A stretch of DNA of 64,000 bases, from the NCBI GenBank assembly GCA_036172245.1, contig JAYWIR010000007.1:2728001-2792000 (forward strand), written 5' to 3'. The position numbers and the translations under genes are program-made. The notes below the pieces were generated by a model, which saw only the letters and a program-made list of their open reading frames with translations, was not told where the DNA came from and did no database searches. How positions within the stretch are numbered: position 1 is the first letter of the stretch; each line of letters starts with the position of its first letter. This document shows, piece by piece, positions 62,650 to 64,000 of this stretch. The stretch is from Raillietiella orientalis (lineage: Eukaryota).

Positions 62650-64000
62650 AGTCAGCCGAGCGACTGATCCCTAGGGAGTACCTCGGGGCTCTGGCTCTTC
62701 GTTCCTCCCTTCTTTCAGATCTCCTGCTTCCTACCCCGTCCTCGCCCTCCACCCGATTCCCTCTCGTATGACCTCGTTTCGCGGTATTTTGAGAACAGCT
62801 GCCTCTGTGGAACGGGTCCTGGGGTTCCTGGAGTGCCTGCTCCTCCCTGCAGGAAGGTAGAGAGGGAAACGGCGAAACGGTGGGGATGAAAAGGCATCTG
62901 CGTCCTCTCGTATTGCAGCGATCTCCGCTTCGATCCTCTTTCCCGCCTTCCCTATCATCTCCCCATCCTCCTTTACAGCACCGGACTCCTCGCCTTGGGA
63001 ACAGACGTCCCTGAGGCTGCGATCTGTTCTCGGAGGCATCTTCGGAGAAGAGGGTTGCATGCGGGGGAAGAAGCAGGATGGGGAACGCGCGGATGAGTTG
63101 AAGAGATGATAGAGGACACCTCTCGTCTCTGCACCCCCCACCGGATGATGCGAGGTCATCTGGAGGGACTGGTGGCGTTCATTACTTTGGCATTATTCCG
63201 CGTCCCCACTCCTTCCATCTTCTTGCTCTTCCTTTCGTCCTCCTGCAAGAGCGAAGTTCGGCTCCCCAGCTCGCTCCCCTCCCGCCTTTGAGCAGGGATA
63301 GAATCTTCCCTTTTTGCATCGATGGCATCTCCTGCGCCATGGAGGGGTCAGCGGGTTTTAGGAGGGGACTCAGGACCTACTCTCGCATCTCTCAGCTGCC
63401 CTCATTTTTTTCGCCATTCGCTCCCTGGCAACCCTGTGGGCACGCCTCCGCAGCGCTCCTCTAGCGTAGAGCATGCGAGCGGAAGTTCGGAATGGACGCT
63501 GGACTTTCTCTTCAGAGAGGTCGTGTGCTGCCCCTGTGGAGCCTCAACGGGGAGCTCGGAAAAGCATAAGATGGGAGGACGGCGGAAGGAGGGAGAACGT
63601 GTTTGTCATCTTTTGAGATGATGTTGCTGGATGCTGGAAGCAAAGTGCCAGTTGGGCAGGTCTCCTAACACGGAAGAAGGCGCAAGTGTTTCGCTTTGGA
63701 AAGGAAGCCTCAACGGCCCGAGCGTGCGAAAACGGAAGGGGTAACTGCAGGAAAAGACTGGATGGGAGGGAGGTCTTCTTTCTCTGGTCTTGCCCATACA
63801 AAGAACCGAGATGACATCCACAGCCTCTGGGTGAGGTGCCCTTCCTTCGAGAAGCTATTGAGAACGAGCAGAAGAGCTGGAAGGACACGAGGGGTGAAAG
63901 TAAAGGAGTGGGAGGTCAGCAGGCGAGAGTCAAGCAAAGGAGTCAGGAAACAACGATGGGGGAGAACAGCAGAAATTCGCTCTCATCCAAGTGTGGGGTT
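62650..64000 (+). mobile_element. Probable decayed LINE ORF2 (APE/linker) running off the window end
   Basis: RRKEGERVCHLL resembles the EGE..T..F linker; composition matches the other fossils. Weak. Confidence 0.25.

Noticed and set aside
1..64000. CRISPR array or prokaryotic defence/operon system
   Set aside because: No regularly spaced repeat-spacer units and no cas or operon-like genes; the DNA is eukaryotic.

Overview
Eukaryotic (animal, probably invertebrate) genomic DNA. The only clearly intact gene is a very compact 7-exon WWOX (53801-55349, +, about 404 aa, introns 38-110 nt) lying in an AT-rich, CpG-poor island. Most of the rest is a dense set of frameshifted, interleaved non-LTR retrotransposon fossils with L1/Tx1-like ORF2 (APE endonuclease, RT, C-terminal zf-RVT-like CCHC region) on both strands. 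At least three younger 5'-truncated copies still have target-site duplications (11, 15 and 9 bp), and two insertions are nested inside older LINEs. One family ends in a conserved AATAAA plus GC stem-loop with almost no poly(A). Also present: a 66-nt bacterial mreB fragment (34537-34602) inside a 4.8-kb block flanked by perfect 33-bp direct repeats, a heavily decayed 28S rRNA pseudogene (about 39.4-40.3 kb), a probable P/THAP transposase fossil, a 137-bp tandem duplication and microsatellites. Most ORF-track entries are spurious ORFs of GC-rich or low-complexity DNA. Fossil boundaries are approximate and were read by eye; no database searches were run.
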